A stretch of 64,000 nt of DNA from Patescibacteria group bacterium (GTDB lineage: Bacteria; Patescibacteriota; Patescibacteriia; UM-FILTER-42-10): positions 7,168 to 71,167 of the forward strand of contig JBAYKW010000001.1 in NCBI GenBank assembly GCA_041664365.1, given 5' to 3'. Below are positions 40,716-51,020 of the stretch, one piece after another (the stretch's first letter is position 1; each line of letters opens with the position of its first letter). The translations under genes were made by a program, and so were the position numbers. The notes under the pieces are model-generated. The model worked only from the letters and a program-made list of their open reading frames with translations, did not search any database and was not told where the DNA came from.

Positions 40716-42212
40716 ATGAAACTGGAAACAATCATCGGTCTGGAAATACATGTACAGCTCAATACCAAGAGCAAGATGTTTTGCGCATGTTCCAATGACA
40801 GCGATCAAGCCAAGCCGAATACCAATGTCTGCTCAATCTGCATGGGACATCCCGGGACACTGCCGGTAACCAACCAGCAGGCGGCTGACCATGCCTTGCT
40901 CACTGCACTGGCGCTACACTGCAAGATAAATGAGTATTCCAAATTTGACCGGAAAAACTATTTTTACCCTGACTTGCCGAAAGGCTATCAGATTTCTCAG
41001 CTTGACCAGCCGGTCGGTGAGGACGGGCGCTTGATTATTACCATCGGTGAAGAGCGGAAACGCATCGGGATAACCCGCCTGCATATGGAGGAGGACGCGG
41101 CAAAGTTGATGCACCCCAACGATGCGGATTATAGTCTGGTGGATTTTAACCGCGCTGGTTCGCCACTTATTGAAATAGTCACAGAACCGGATATTAGGAC
41201 GCCGGCGGAAGCCAGAATATTTTTAGCTGACTTGAAACTGCTTTTAGAATACTTGGACATATCCGACGCTGACATGGAAAAGGGCAATTTGCGCTGTGAC
41301 GCGAATATTTCTCTCCGGCCGGAAGGTGACAGGAAATTTTATGCAAAGACGGAAATAAAAAACATGAACTCTTTCCGTGGTGTGGAAAGAGCGCTTATCT
41401 TTGAAATAGAAAGACAGTCCAAATTATGGGAAGCGGGTACTCCACCTGATAAGCTGATAACCAGGCGCTGGCTGGACGACCAGGGGATTACCAAAGAAGA
41501 GCGCAGTAAAGAGGAAGAACATGACTACCGGTATTTCCCCGAGCCGGATTTGGCGCCACTTCATTTTACTGAGGAATATGTCAGAAGTATTGAAACAAAA
41601 TTGCCGGAACTGCCGGATGAAAAAAGAAAAAGGTTCCATTTGGAATTGGGCACGACCTATTCTCAGGCGGTTACTCTGACTTATTCCCGGACAGTTGCTG
41701 ACTTTTTTGAAAACACAATTACTGAACTTAAAGCATGGGTAGCGAGCCAGGAAGACAAATCTGAATTGGATGAGGAGACGAAAAAGAAACTGGTGAAGAT
41801 GACAGTTAACTGGATCACTACAGAACTTTTCATGCTGATTAAAGAAAGCCAAATTGAACCTGAAAAAATCAAAGTAACACCGGAGAATATGGCCGAACTG
41901 GTTAAGATGGTTTATATGGAAGAAATAAACAGCAGTGCCGCGCAACAAGTTCTGAGGATAATGTTTGAAAAAGGTTCCGATCCTTCTCAGGTTGTTGAAG
42001 AAAAGAATTTGAAGCAGATGAATGATTCATCAGAGATTGAGCTGATTGTGAAAAAAATTGTTGAAACAAATGAAAAAGCTGTTATTGATTTTAAATCAGG
42101 AAATGATAAGGTACTGCAGTTTTTAGTAGGATTAGTAATGAAGGAAACTAAAGGGAAGGTCAATCCGAAAGTAGCCACCGAAATGCTGAAAAAGATTATG
42201 GGTCAGTTTTGA
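40716..42212 (+). CDS. gatB: Asp-tRNA(Asn)/Glu-tRNA(Gln) amidotransferase subunit B
   Basis: N-terminus MKLETIIGLEIHVQLNTKSKMFC and a C-terminal GatB/YqeY domain. 498 aa. Confidence 0.9.
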   Translation: MKLETIIGLEIHVQLNTKSKMFCACSNDSDQAKPNTNVCSICMGHPGTLPVTNQQAADHALLTALALHCKINEYSKFDRKNYFYPDLPKGYQISQLDQPVGEDGRLIITIGEERKRIGITRLHMEEDAAKLMHPNDADYSLVDFNRAGSPLIEIVTEPDIRTPAEARIFLADLKLLLEYLDISDADMEKGNLRCDANISLRPEGDRKFYAKTEIKNMNSFRGVERALIFEIERQSKLWEAGTPPDKLITRRWLDDQGITKEERSKEEEHDYRYFPEPDLAPLHFTEEYVRSIETKLPELPDEKRKRFHLELGTTYSQAVTLTYSRTVADFFENTITELKAWVASQEDKSELDEETKKKLVKMTVNWITTELFMLIKESQIEPEKIKVTPENMAELVKMVYMEEINSSAAQQVLRIMFEKGSDPSQVVEEKNLKQMNDSSEIELIVKKIVETNEKAVIDFKSGNDKVLQFLVGLVMKETKGKVNPKVATEMLKKIMGQF

Positions 42213-42345
42213 ATAGAAAAAAACTGTGGAAAACTCGGTATTAGATGGGGGTTTACAGGCGGTTTGATAACTGATACACTGCGATTGAAATGATTAACAA
42301 CCACACCGACAATTTGTTCCGAAAATATATTGCGCGGTGATTTAT

Positions 42346-42368
42346 TCCCTGAAAAAGGGATTTTTTTT
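42346..42368 (+). terminator. hairpin tccct-gaaaa-aggga + T8 located 17 nt upstream of pyrB start (attenuator-like)
   Basis: Stem at 42346-42360, T-tract at 42361-42368. AAGGA RBS and pyrB ATG follow. Confidence 0.45.
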
Positions 42369-42384
42369 ATCCTAAGGAAACAAT

Positions 42385-43305
42385 ATGAACAAAATCAACT
42401 TCAAAAACAGGGACGTTATCTCAATCAGGGATTTTTCCAAGCAGGAAATCCTCCATGTACTGAAAAAAGCCAAAGAATTTAAAAGCTCACCAAAGACCGA
42501 CCTGCTCAAAGGAAAAATCATGGCCAGTTTGTTTTTTGAGCCGTCTACCAGAACCCGCTTCTCGTTTGAATCCGCGATGCAGCGGCTGGGGGGTTCCGTC
42601 ATAACTCTGGCTGACGCGAAAACCAGTTCTTCCGCGAAGGGCGAGTCGCTATCTGACTCTATCCGGATCGTGGAAAAGTACTGCGACGTTATCGTCATGC
42701 GCCATTCACTGGAAGGCGCGGCACGTCTGGCAGCGGATGTTTCGAATAATCCGATTTTAAACGGCGGTGACGGTGCCAATCAGCATCCGACCCAGACTTT
42801 CCTGGATCTGTTTTCCATACTGGAAACGCAAAAAAAACTGAATGGCTTAAATGTGGCGATGGTCGGAGATCTGAAATACGGACGCACAGTTCACTCTCTG
42901 GCGTATGCGCTGTCGCTGTTCAACTGCCGGCTGTACTTTATCTCACCGGAATCCCTAAAAATGCCAAAGCATGTATTAAATGAGATTAAAGAGAATAAAA
43001 CTAAATACTCCGAACATACCCGGCCGGAGGGGCTGATGCCGAAAATGGATATTTTCTACGCGACTCGTATCCAGAAAGAAAGATTTGCGGACGCGATGGA
43101 ATACGAAGAAGTGAAGGATGTTTACATCATCAATAATGAACTGCTGAAAAAGGTAAAAAAGAATTTCCGGATCCTGCACCCGCTGCCGAGAGTGAATGAG
43201 ATTAATTATGAAGTGGATGATACTCCTTACGCTTACTACTTTCAGCAAGCTTCCAACGGCCTTTGGGTACGCGAAGCACTTTTAGCCTTAACCTTAGGAA
43301 AATAA
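42385..43305 (+). CDS. pyrB: aspartate carbamoyltransferase catalytic subunit
   Basis: Motifs STRTRFSFESA, HPTQ and HPLPR. Confidence 0.9.
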   Translation: MNKINFKNRDVISIRDFSKQEILHVLKKAKEFKSSPKTDLLKGKIMASLFFEPSTRTRFSFESAMQRLGGSVITLADAKTSSSAKGESLSDSIRIVEKYCDVIVMRHSLEGAARLAADVSNNPILNGGDGANQHPTQTFLDLFSILETQKKLNGLNVAMVGDLKYGRTVHSLAYALSLFNCRLYFISPESLKMPKHVLNEIKENKTKYSEHTRPEGLMPKMDIFYATRIQKERFADAMEYEEVKDVYIINNELLKKVKKNFRILHPLPRVNEINYEVDDTPYAYYFQQASNGLWVREALLALTLGK

Positions 43306-43308
43306 ACT

Positions 43309-43758
43309 ATGCGCGCCTATAAAGTTTACGCAATCAAAGACGGTACAGCAATTGACCACATCCCTTCGGGAAAGGGTATGGATGTGATTAATCTGCTGGG
43401 AGTTGCTAATGACCAGGACATTGTTACCCTGGGTATGCATTTCAACAGCAAAAGGAACAAGAAAAAGGATGTGGTGAAAATTGAAAACAGAGAACTCACA
43501 CCGGAGGAAGTTAGCAGATTGGCAATCGTTGCGCCAAATGCTACGATTAATATCATCCGGAATTTTGAAGTTGCAAAAAAGATTCCAATCAAAATCCCGG
43601 AACAAATAAACGGGATAATAAAATGCGGTAATCCGAATTGTGTCACCAACCACGAACCGGTGGTAACAAAATTCACGCTAGTCAAGGAAAAGCCGATTGA
43701 ATTGTACTGTTTCTTTTGCGAGCGGACGTTTGGGATAGATGAAATAACACTTGCCTGA
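43309..43758 (+). CDS. pyrI: aspartate carbamoyltransferase regulatory subunit
   Basis: 149 aa. C-terminal zinc domain CGNPNC…CFFCE. Confidence 0.85.
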   Translation: MRAYKVYAIKDGTAIDHIPSGKGMDVINLLGVANDQDIVTLGMHFNSKRNKKKDVVKIENRELTPEEVSRLAIVAPNATINIIRNFEVAKKIPIKIPEQINGIIKCGNPNCVTNHEPVVTKFTLVKEKPIELYCFFCERTFGIDEITLA

Positions 43759-43761
43759 TTT

Positions 43762-44679
43762 ATGCCTGATATTTCCATCAATTTAGCGGGAATTAAATTT
43801 AGTAATCCGACAATTCTAGCGTCGGGGATTCTTGGTGTTACCCGGGATTCGTTAAAGTACGTTTTTCAGAACGGCGCGGGCGGTTGTGTGATCAAGTCCA
43901 TCAGCCGGGAAGAGCGCAAAGGGCACGATGCACCGAACATGCACGCGATTGAAGGCGGATTTATGAACGCGGTAGGATATTCCAATCCGGGACTGGAAAA
44001 GGCAAAAGAAGAATTTGTTAAGCTTAAAGATTTAGAAGTGCCGGTTATTGCTAGTATCATTGGCAAAGACGCGGATGAGTTTGCTTACATGGCGGAGAAT
44101 TTTCTGACTGACGAATTTTCGGCGGTAGAAGCGGTTTTATCTTGTCCCCACACTCCGGGTTACGGAACAATGGCCGGGCAGGGAACACCGAAAGCAACCG
44201 AAGAGATTACACGCAGAATCAGGGAAAAAACCAAGCTCCCTTTATTTATTAAAGTTTCACCGGAAAGTCAGCCAATCGGAGAAGTAGCAAAGGCGGCGGA
44301 AGCGGGCGGTGCGGACGCAATCTCCGCAGTCAATTCTATGGGTCCCGGGATTCACCTGGATATCTATGCCAAAAAACCTATCTTACATTTCGGCATGGGT
44401 GGTGTCACCGGTCCGGCACTGAGGCCGATTGCGGCGCGGTGCGTTTCTGATATTTATCAGTCTGTAAAAATTCCGGTGATCGGTATTGGTGGAGTCACAA
44501 CAGGAAGAGATGCGATTGAAATGATGATGCTGGGTGCATCCGCAGTACAAATTGGAACGGCGGTGTACTATCGCGGAGCGGAAGTATTCAAACTGATTTG
44601 TGATGAGATTATGGAATATATGCAAGCGGAGGGTTTTGAATCAATTAATGAAATAATCGGGCTGGCACATAAGAAGTAA
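43762..44679 (+). CDS. pyrD: dihydroorotate dehydrogenase (class 1B catalytic subunit)
   Basis: FMN-binding TIM-barrel motifs; followed by pyrK. Confidence 0.85.
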   Translation: MPDISINLAGIKFSNPTILASGILGVTRDSLKYVFQNGAGGCVIKSISREERKGHDAPNMHAIEGGFMNAVGYSNPGLEKAKEEFVKLKDLEVPVIASIIGKDADEFAYMAENFLTDEFSAVEAVLSCPHTPGYGTMAGQGTPKATEEITRRIREKTKLPLFIKVSPESQPIGEVAKAAEAGGADAISAVNSMGPGIHLDIYAKKPILHFGMGGVTGPALRPIAARCVSDIYQSVKIPVIGIGGVTTGRDAIEMMMLGASAVQIGTAVYYRGAEVFKLICDEIMEYMQAEGFESINEIIGLAHKK

Positions 44680-44732
44680 TTCGTAATCGGTAAGTGGTAA
44701 TTCGTAATTTGTAATTAGTAATTGGTAATATA
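44680..44732. repeat. GTAAT-word low-complexity spacer (inverted relative to 49190-49250)
   Basis: ttcgtaatcggtaagtggtaattcgtaatttgtaattagtaattggtaat. Confidence 0.35.
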
Positions 44733-45548
44733 ATGAATCATTGGATCAATAAGCTGGATAAACCGTTAATGATGCCGATTGTCAGGCGCGAAAAAGAAAA
44801 CGAGAATGTAGACACATTTTATTTTAAACATGCTTTGAATTCGCAGGCTGGCCAGTTTGTTATGCTTTGGATTCCGGGACTGGATGAGAAGCCTTTCAGC
44901 ATTGCGTACGACACCGGTGATGAACTGGGTCTGGCAATTGCAAAGGTTGGTCCGTTTACTGAAGAGCTTTTTAAACTGAAAGTCGGGGACCGTGTTGGAA
45001 TCCGCGGGCCATATGGTCATGGTTTCTGGAAAGAGGCCGGGGCCAAAAAAGTAGTAATGGTTGGCGGTGGATACGGCGTAGCACCATTATTAAACATGGC
45101 GGAAGAACTGGTTAAAGACGGCGTTGAAATCCATTTTATCAACGGCGCCAGGTCAAAAGACCTGCTGTTGTTTCAGGATCGCATTAACAGTTTAAAGGCA
45201 AAAATTTATACAACAACCAATGACGGATCATTTGGTATTGAAGGTATGGTTACAGTTCCCTTGCAGGAAATTATAGCCAAGGAGAAAATCGATCTGGTTT
45301 ATACCTGCGGACCGGAATTGATGGAGAAGGCGGTGTTCGATTTTTGTGAAATATCCAATATTAATTGTCAGATCAGCATTGAACGCTATATGAAATGCGG
45401 TATGGGTGTTTGTGGTGCCTGCTCTGTGGACGGTACTGGTGAGCCGATGTGTGTAAAAGGTCCGGTGGTTGATTCGGAAAGAGCGAGGTTGATTTCAGAG
45501 TTTGGAAAATTTCACCGGAATGGATCCGGAGTGAAAAAGGATTTTTAG
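44733..45548 (+). CDS. pyrK: dihydroorotate dehydrogenase electron-transfer subunit
   Basis: FAD/NAD-binding fold plus C-terminal [2Fe-2S] Cys cluster CGMGVCGACSV. Confidence 0.8.
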   Translation: MNHWINKLDKPLMMPIVRREKENENVDTFYFKHALNSQAGQFVMLWIPGLDEKPFSIAYDTGDELGLAIAKVGPFTEELFKLKVGDRVGIRGPYGHGFWKEAGAKKVVMVGGGYGVAPLLNMAEELVKDGVEIHFINGARSKDLLLFQDRINSLKAKIYTTTNDGSFGIEGMVTVPLQEIIAKEKIDLVYTCGPELMEKAVFDFCEISNINCQISIERYMKCGMGVCGACSVDGTGEPMCVKGPVVDSERARLISEFGKFHRNGSGVKKDF

Positions 45549-45549
45549 T

Positions 45550-46836
45550 ATGAATATTACGCTGAAGAATTGCATTTTGGAATCGGCAGAGACGGATGTT
45601 CATATCTCAGATGGCATTATAAGTAAAATTGGCAAAGGTGCGGAAGGGGAAATAATCGACTGTTCCGGTCTTGTTTTACTTCCCGGTTTGATTGACGGTC
45701 ATGTACATTTTCGTGAACCGGGTGCAGAACATAAAGAAGACTGGCTCACCGGATCGCGCGCGGCGGTCAAAGGGGGCGTCACTACAGTTCTGGATATGCC
45801 GAACAACAACCCGCCGATTATTGACGAAGCGTCTTTACGATTAAAAAGAGCAAAAGCAGAAAAAAGCGTGATTAATTACGGTTTTCATATTGGAGCCACA
45901 ACCGGCAATCTGGATTTTATTAATTCCGCTGAAAATATTGCCGCAGTAAAAATATATTTCGGCTCATCTACCGGTGATCTCTTGGTGGACAAAATGGCCG
46001 ATGTGGAAAAAATATTTGAAGGAAGCAAAAGACTGTTTCTCGTCCACGCTGAAGATGAAGCTTTTATTCAGGAAAAGAACAAAGAATACAGCGGGACGGA
46101 TGACCCGATGATCCATACCAAGGTTAGGGCGCCGGAAGCTGCAATACTAGCAGTCAAAAATATCTTAGCCATTGTTGAACGGACCAAAGCGCGCGTGCAT
46201 TTTTGCCACGTCAGTACGGCGGGCGAATTGAAACTGATCAAATCAGCCAAAGCCAAAGGCCTGCCCGTCACCTGCGAAGTCGCACCACACCATTTATTCT
46301 TGAACAGCAGTGAATACGGCAAACAAGGTAACTGGGTGAAAATGAACCCGCCGCTCAGACCGGAGTCGGATCGATTGGCACTGTGGCGCGGGCTTTTCGA
46401 CGGCACAGTTGATACCATCGCTACCGATCACGCGCCACATACTAGAGAAGAAAAAGAACAGCCCTATTGGCAGGCGCCGGCCGGTGTTCCGGGGGTGGAA
46501 ACTATGTTACCATTACTACTGAACGAGGTGAGTAAAGGCAGAATTGATTTAAAAAAAGTAATTCAATTAACCTGCGAAAATCCCGCTCGAATATTTAAAA
46601 TTAAGCATAAAGGAAAAATTGAAGAAGGGTATGATGCGGATTTGGTTTTAGTAGATATGCAGATGGAAAAAGAAGTGATCAATGAAGAAATGGAGTCCAA
46701 ATGCGCCTGGACCCCGTTTGCCGGGAAGATCCTGACCGGCTGGCCGGTCGCGACGATGGTCGGTGGAAATATCGTTTACAATTCTTTGGAAATTAACGAA
46801 CAATTTAAAGGTAAGGAGATAAATTATGAGTTATAA
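45550..46836 (+). CDS. pyrC: dihydroorotase
   Basis: Amidohydrolase motif DGHVHFREPG. Confidence 0.85.
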   Translation: MNITLKNCILESAETDVHISDGIISKIGKGAEGEIIDCSGLVLLPGLIDGHVHFREPGAEHKEDWLTGSRAAVKGGVTTVLDMPNNNPPIIDEASLRLKRAKAEKSVINYGFHIGATTGNLDFINSAENIAAVKIYFGSSTGDLLVDKMADVEKIFEGSKRLFLVHAEDEAFIQEKNKEYSGTDDPMIHTKVRAPEAAILAVKNILAIVERTKARVHFCHVSTAGELKLIKSAKAKGLPVTCEVAPHHLFLNSSEYGKQGNWVKMNPPLRPESDRLALWRGLFDGTVDTIATDHAPHTREEKEQPYWQAPAGVPGVETMLPLLLNEVSKGRIDLKKVIQLTCENPARIFKIKHKGKIEEGYDADLVLVDMQMEKEVINEEMESKCAWTPFAGKILTGWPVATMVGGNIVYNSLEINEQFKGKEINYEL

Positions 46837-47500
46837 GAAAGATTTTATAGAATTTCTAGTGCGATCAGAAGCTTTGAAGTTTGGCGAATTTACCTTAAAA
46901 AGCGGACGAATTTCACCGTATTTTTTCACTACCGGCAATTTTAATACCGGATCGTCTATTTATAAACTGGGATATTTCTATGCTGCGCTGATCCGTGAGG
47001 AAGTGGTGGATTTTGACGTGATCTTCGGACCAGCCTACAAAGGAATCCCGCTGGCAGTCGCCACGTCCATGGCGCTGGCTAAAGATTTCGGCATGGATAA
47101 AGGATACCTTTTTGATCGGAAAGAGGTAAAAGATTACGGCGATAAAAGTGCGTTTGTCGGTTATGAACCTACACCTGGGCAAAAGATTATTTTGATTGAT
47201 GATGTAATGACAACCGGAAAGACCAAGGAAGATGCTGTAAATATAATCAAAGAAAAATTTGAAAATGTCAGTTTCGCGGGACTGGTTATTGCATTCAACC
47301 GCCAGGAAAAAGACAATGACGGCAATGATGCGCTTTTGGAATTTGAAAAATCATTCGATATTCCGGTAAAAGCAATTGTGACAGTCAGAGAGGTAATTGA
47401 CGTTCTACACAACCAGAAAATTGACGGGCAAATTTACCTGGATGACGCAACTAAAGATAGAATGGAAGAATACCTTGCCAGGTATGGTGTTTCTCAGTAA
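46826..47500 (+). CDS. pyrE: orotate phosphoribosyltransferase
   Basis: PRPP-binding motif ILIDDVMTTGKT. Confidence 0.85.
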   Translation: MSYKKDFIEFLVRSEALKFGEFTLKSGRISPYFFTTGNFNTGSSIYKLGYFYAALIREEVVDFDVIFGPAYKGIPLAVATSMALAKDFGMDKGYLFDRKEVKDYGDKSAFVGYEPTPGQKIILIDDVMTTGKTKEDAVNIIKEKFENVSFAGLVIAFNRQEKDNDGNDALLEFEKSFDIPVKAIVTVREVIDVLHNQKIDGQIYLDDATKDRMEEYLARYGVSQ

Positions 47501-47527
47501 AATAGCGGTAATAATTTATCAAAAAAT

Positions 47528-48316
47528 ATGAACAGCGAACCATCATTTCCGAATGATCAAGATCGCGAGCAGTCAGCGGAGATGCCGAGGGAAATAGAAA
47601 CAAAAATTGTAAATTTAGGTGATCCGGAAGAATTTAAAAAACGCCTATTGGATCTGGGCGCTGTACTTGTTGATGGCAGGCGTCTTTTACAGGACCGCAG
47701 TTTTAAGCGGGAAAAAGATAAACAAGTGGATAGTACCGACCTTCCTTTTAATACCGCCGAGGTTAAAGACCCGACCGATTTACAGAATGTTCTGGAGCTG
47801 TTGGGAGTAGATATTGTCTCTGAGCCGGATGAGAGTGGAGTTATGATGATTCGTACACGTGCAGGCGCTCCTGTCCGTATGGTGCGTTTAAGAAAAGAAA
47901 ATGATACGACAGTCCTGACAATCAAGGAAAAAAGAAATAAAGCACAGACAGTGGATAATCGGATGGAAACCGAGGTGGAATTGATTGATGAAAATTCGCT
48001 GAATCAATTATTGGCATCAATGAGGTATTCGCATTTGGCTGATAAGGAAAAATACCGGACAACATACGGATTAGACGGATGTAAGGTTGAATTAAACGAG
48101 GGTCCGATTGGAGCGCCTTGGGCGGAGATTGAAGCGGGAAGTGAAGAACAGGTTATAGCGCTTGCCAATGCGCTGGGTTATCAGCCGGAAGATTTGGCCG
48201 GTATGTCGGATGCGGATTATTATGCACTTAAAGTTCCTGATCTTACACCAGAGGAACTTAATAACATGACTTTTGCCAAAATGAAAGACAGGGCACCAAA
48301 AGACCAACCGGAATAA
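47528..48316 (+). CDS. CYTH-domain (triphosphate tunnel metalloenzyme) protein
   Basis: N-terminal EIETKI (ExExK signature). 262 aa. Embedded between pyrE and pyrF. Confidence 0.5.
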   Translation: MNSEPSFPNDQDREQSAEMPREIETKIVNLGDPEEFKKRLLDLGAVLVDGRRLLQDRSFKREKDKQVDSTDLPFNTAEVKDPTDLQNVLELLGVDIVSEPDESGVMMIRTRAGAPVRMVRLRKENDTTVLTIKEKRNKAQTVDNRMETEVELIDENSLNQLLASMRYSHLADKEKYRTTYGLDGCKVELNEGPIGAPWAEIEAGSEEQVIALANALGYQPEDLAGMSDADYYALKVPDLTPEELNNMTFAKMKDRAPKDQPE

Positions 48317-48329
48317 TTAATATCACACT

Positions 48330-49139
48330 ATGAATAAACAAAATCAAACATACCTTCAAAGGGCAGAAAAAGCGAAAAACCCGGTGGCTGTAAAATTACT
48401 CCAGCTCATGGGGCAGAAACAAACCAACCTCGCGCTGGCGGTGGATGAGCCGGAGGCCGATTTGGTTTTAAAACTGGCGGACACTATCGGACCGGAGCTT
48501 TGCCTGTTAAAAACGCATATAGACATCATTGAGGGTTTTAACGAGGGATTTATCACAGAATTATCAAACCTCGCTAAAAAGCACAATTTTTTAATCTTTG
48601 AGGACCGGAAATTCGCTGATATCGGCAATACAGTCAAAATGCAGTATGGCGGGGGGATGTATAAAATAGTGGAATGGTCTGATATGGTAAATGCGCATAT
48701 TGTCCCGGGTCCCGGAATTATTGAAGGGCTAAAGGAAGTGGCTGAGGCAAGCGGAAAGGAGCGGGCATTAATCCTGCTGGCACAGATGAGTTCCAAAGGA
48801 AATCTGGCGACGGACGAATATACCGAAAAGGCGGTAAGGATGGCGCGCGAGTACGCTGATTTTGTGATCGGATTTATCGGGAACGGGGGAGATGTGAAAG
48901 AACTGAGCAAACTGACTGGACTAAACAGTGAAGAGTTTATTATAATGACTCCGGGTGTTAAACTGGGTGGCGGGGATGATGCGCTGAAACAGCAATACAC
49001 CACACCATCCGATGTAATAACCGCCGGTTCTGATATCATCATTGTCGGACGGGGGATTTACGGCGCGGACGATCCGGTTGCGGAAGCCAAGGAGTACAGA
49101 CAAGTCGCGTGGGACGCATATTTGAAAAGAATTGGATAG
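48330..49139 (+). CDS. pyrF: orotidine 5'-phosphate decarboxylase
   Basis: TIM-barrel OMP decarboxylase, type 2. 269 aa. Confidence 0.8.
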   Translation: MNKQNQTYLQRAEKAKNPVAVKLLQLMGQKQTNLALAVDEPEADLVLKLADTIGPELCLLKTHIDIIEGFNEGFITELSNLAKKHNFLIFEDRKFADIGNTVKMQYGGGMYKIVEWSDMVNAHIVPGPGIIEGLKEVAEASGKERALILLAQMSSKGNLATDEYTEKAVRMAREYADFVIGFIGNGGDVKELSKLTGLNSEEFIIMTPGVKLGGGDDALKQQYTTPSDVITAGSDIIIVGRGIYGADDPVAEAKEYRQVAWDAYLKRIG

Positions 49140-49189
49140 AAACTAGTCCGATGCATTTACGGAGTAAATGCCCGGGCGCAATGGTTACA

Positions 49190-49250
49190 TATAAATACCA
49201 CTTACGAATTACAAATTACCAATTACTAACTTACTAATTACCAAACCCAA
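49190..49250. repeat. GTAAT-word low-complexity spacer, inverted copy (reads attac… on + strand)
   Basis: Its reverse complement gggtttggtaattagtaagttagtaattggtaatttgtaattcgtaagtgg shares words with 44680-44732. Confidence 0.35.
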
Positions 49251-50186
49251 ATGAGACACTGTCTTACTCTAAAAGACTATTCCAAAGAGGATATCCTGGA
49301 AATAATCCGCAAGGCGCAGGAGATCAAAGCCAATCCGGAAAGATACGGGGATGTTTTGAAAAACAAAACACTAATCATGCTGTTCCAGAAGACATCCACC
49401 CGCACACGTCTATCCTTTGAAGCCGGCATGACTCAGCTGGGCGGACATGCGATATTTTTGGACAGCCGGACATCTCAGTTCGCATTAACCGATTATAAAG
49501 ACGAGATCCAGGCGGTGATGCGTTTTGGTGATGTGCTGATGTTCCGGGCAAAATCCTTTAATGACGTAAATATTGCCGCATCCCTCAACAAAATTCCGGT
49601 CATCGATGCCTGTTCCGAGAAATACCATCCTTGCCAGTCACTGGGAGATCTCTTGACCATGGTGGAACACAGCGGGGGAATTGAAAATATCAAAAAAGTA
49701 ACTTGGCTCGGCATTGAAAACAATGTCAGCAACACACTGAAACTGGTCTGCGCCAAACTGGGGATCGATATCTATCTGGCGGCACCAAAGGTACACGAAA
49801 TCAGCGTTGATGAAGAGCTAAACCAAATGGCAGAAGCAACCGGGAAGGTACACAAAACTGTGGATATGGAAGAAGCAATGAAAGATACGGATTACGTTCA
49901 CACCGACACCTGGATGGATATGGAATTTTTTGAAGACGGCAAAGTGAAGCCGGAATTTCAAGCGGAATATGAGAAGAGAATAGAAGAATTCAAGCCGTTC
50001 CAGCTCAATGCCGGAATCGTGGATAAATACAGCCCCAAGGTCGGAATTATGCACTGTATGCCGTGCCATGTCGGCTATGAGATATCACGTGACGCTATTG
50101 ATCATCCCAACTCCATAATTTTTGATCAGGCGGAAAACAGGATGCATATTCAAAAAGCCATCATTTTGTGGCTCATGGGGAAATAG
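49251..50186 (+). CDS. ornithine carbamoyltransferase-like protein (OTC/ArgF family)
   Basis: Motifs STRTRLSFE, HPCQ and HCMP, closer to OTC than to ATCase (pyrB is separate at 42385). Confidence 0.7.
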   Translation: MRHCLTLKDYSKEDILEIIRKAQEIKANPERYGDVLKNKTLIMLFQKTSTRTRLSFEAGMTQLGGHAIFLDSRTSQFALTDYKDEIQAVMRFGDVLMFRAKSFNDVNIAASLNKIPVIDACSEKYHPCQSLGDLLTMVEHSGGIENIKKVTWLGIENNVSNTLKLVCAKLGIDIYLAAPKVHEISVDEELNQMAEATGKVHKTVDMEEAMKDTDYVHTDTWMDMEFFEDGKVKPEFQAEYEKRIEEFKPFQLNAGIVDKYSPKVGIMHCMPCHVGYEISRDAIDHPNSIIFDQAENRMHIQKAIILWLMGK

Positions 50187-50203
50187 ATAAAAACCTTATT
50201 TCA

Positions 50204-50240
50204 CAAAACAGGCTCTGAATATTTCAGGGCTTGTTTTTTG
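50204..50240 (+). terminator. intrinsic terminator (caggctctgaa-tat-ttcagggcttg + T6)
   Basis: Stem with G·U pairs that forms only on the + strand, then TTTTTT. Confidence 0.55.
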
Positions 50241-50577
50241 TTTAAGTGTGTAATTCGGAGACCCACAAAAAGTAATGGATTCTCGGATCGCCTCCGATGT
50301 CGGTGTCCAAAAAACCTCCCCCGGAAATTATTTCTCAATCTAAGAACCCGACACGTCCTTCCCCTCCTTATCAAGGAGGGGAGCAGATTATTGTTACTAT
50401 TTTAAAATCATGTTCCGGAGGGGTGGTAAACCCAAGGGTAATTTACGGCAATCCCGTTCCTATGTTATTGCCATTCTGAACTTGTTTCAGAATCCATTAT
50501 TGCTATGGAACCGGAGATGCTGAAACTAGTTCAGCATGGCAGAATAATAACGGAATTCCTTTCAATGGGTACTGTTT

Positions 50578-50904
50578 TTATGTTAATAGACGATATAGCT
50601 CCAGCAAGCAATCTGAGTTGCGATTGAGATAAAGTGTCTTTGATCCCTTGGTAACATTTGGAAATCTTATTGATGATAATCTGTCGAACTCTTCATCACT
50701 AAGCTCGGTGTCGGTTATCTCCAGACCATTTTCCTCTGCCAGTTGTTTGATCGCTTCGGCCTGCTCGATAGATAGACCGACCAACAGGATTTTGCCGTTA
50801 ATCGATGCGGTTTGTGATTTGATAAAATCCAGAGAGGGGATAGTATCATGAGTATCGGTTGACTCACTAATATCAAGACTCGGGTTCATGTCCAGTGTTT
50901 TCAT
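50578..50904 (-). CDS. acidic hypothetical protein (108 aa)
   Basis: AT-rich ORF on the - strand inside the duplication-flanked insert. No domain recognised. Confidence 0.45.
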   Translation of the reverse strand: MKTLDMNPSLDISESTDTHDTIPSLDFIKSQTASINGKILLVGLSIEQAEAIKQLAEENGLEITDTELSDEEFDRLSSIRFPNVTKGSKTLYLNRNSDCLLELYRLLT

Positions 50905-51020
50905 AGAAGATTGTTATGAATTATTGTATTAGATAGTTATTTAATTTCAGCAATTATTTGCACAACATTATCTTAACATTACGATTCAGGTAAAGCAATC
51001 TGAATGTGGCCAAAATGCAG

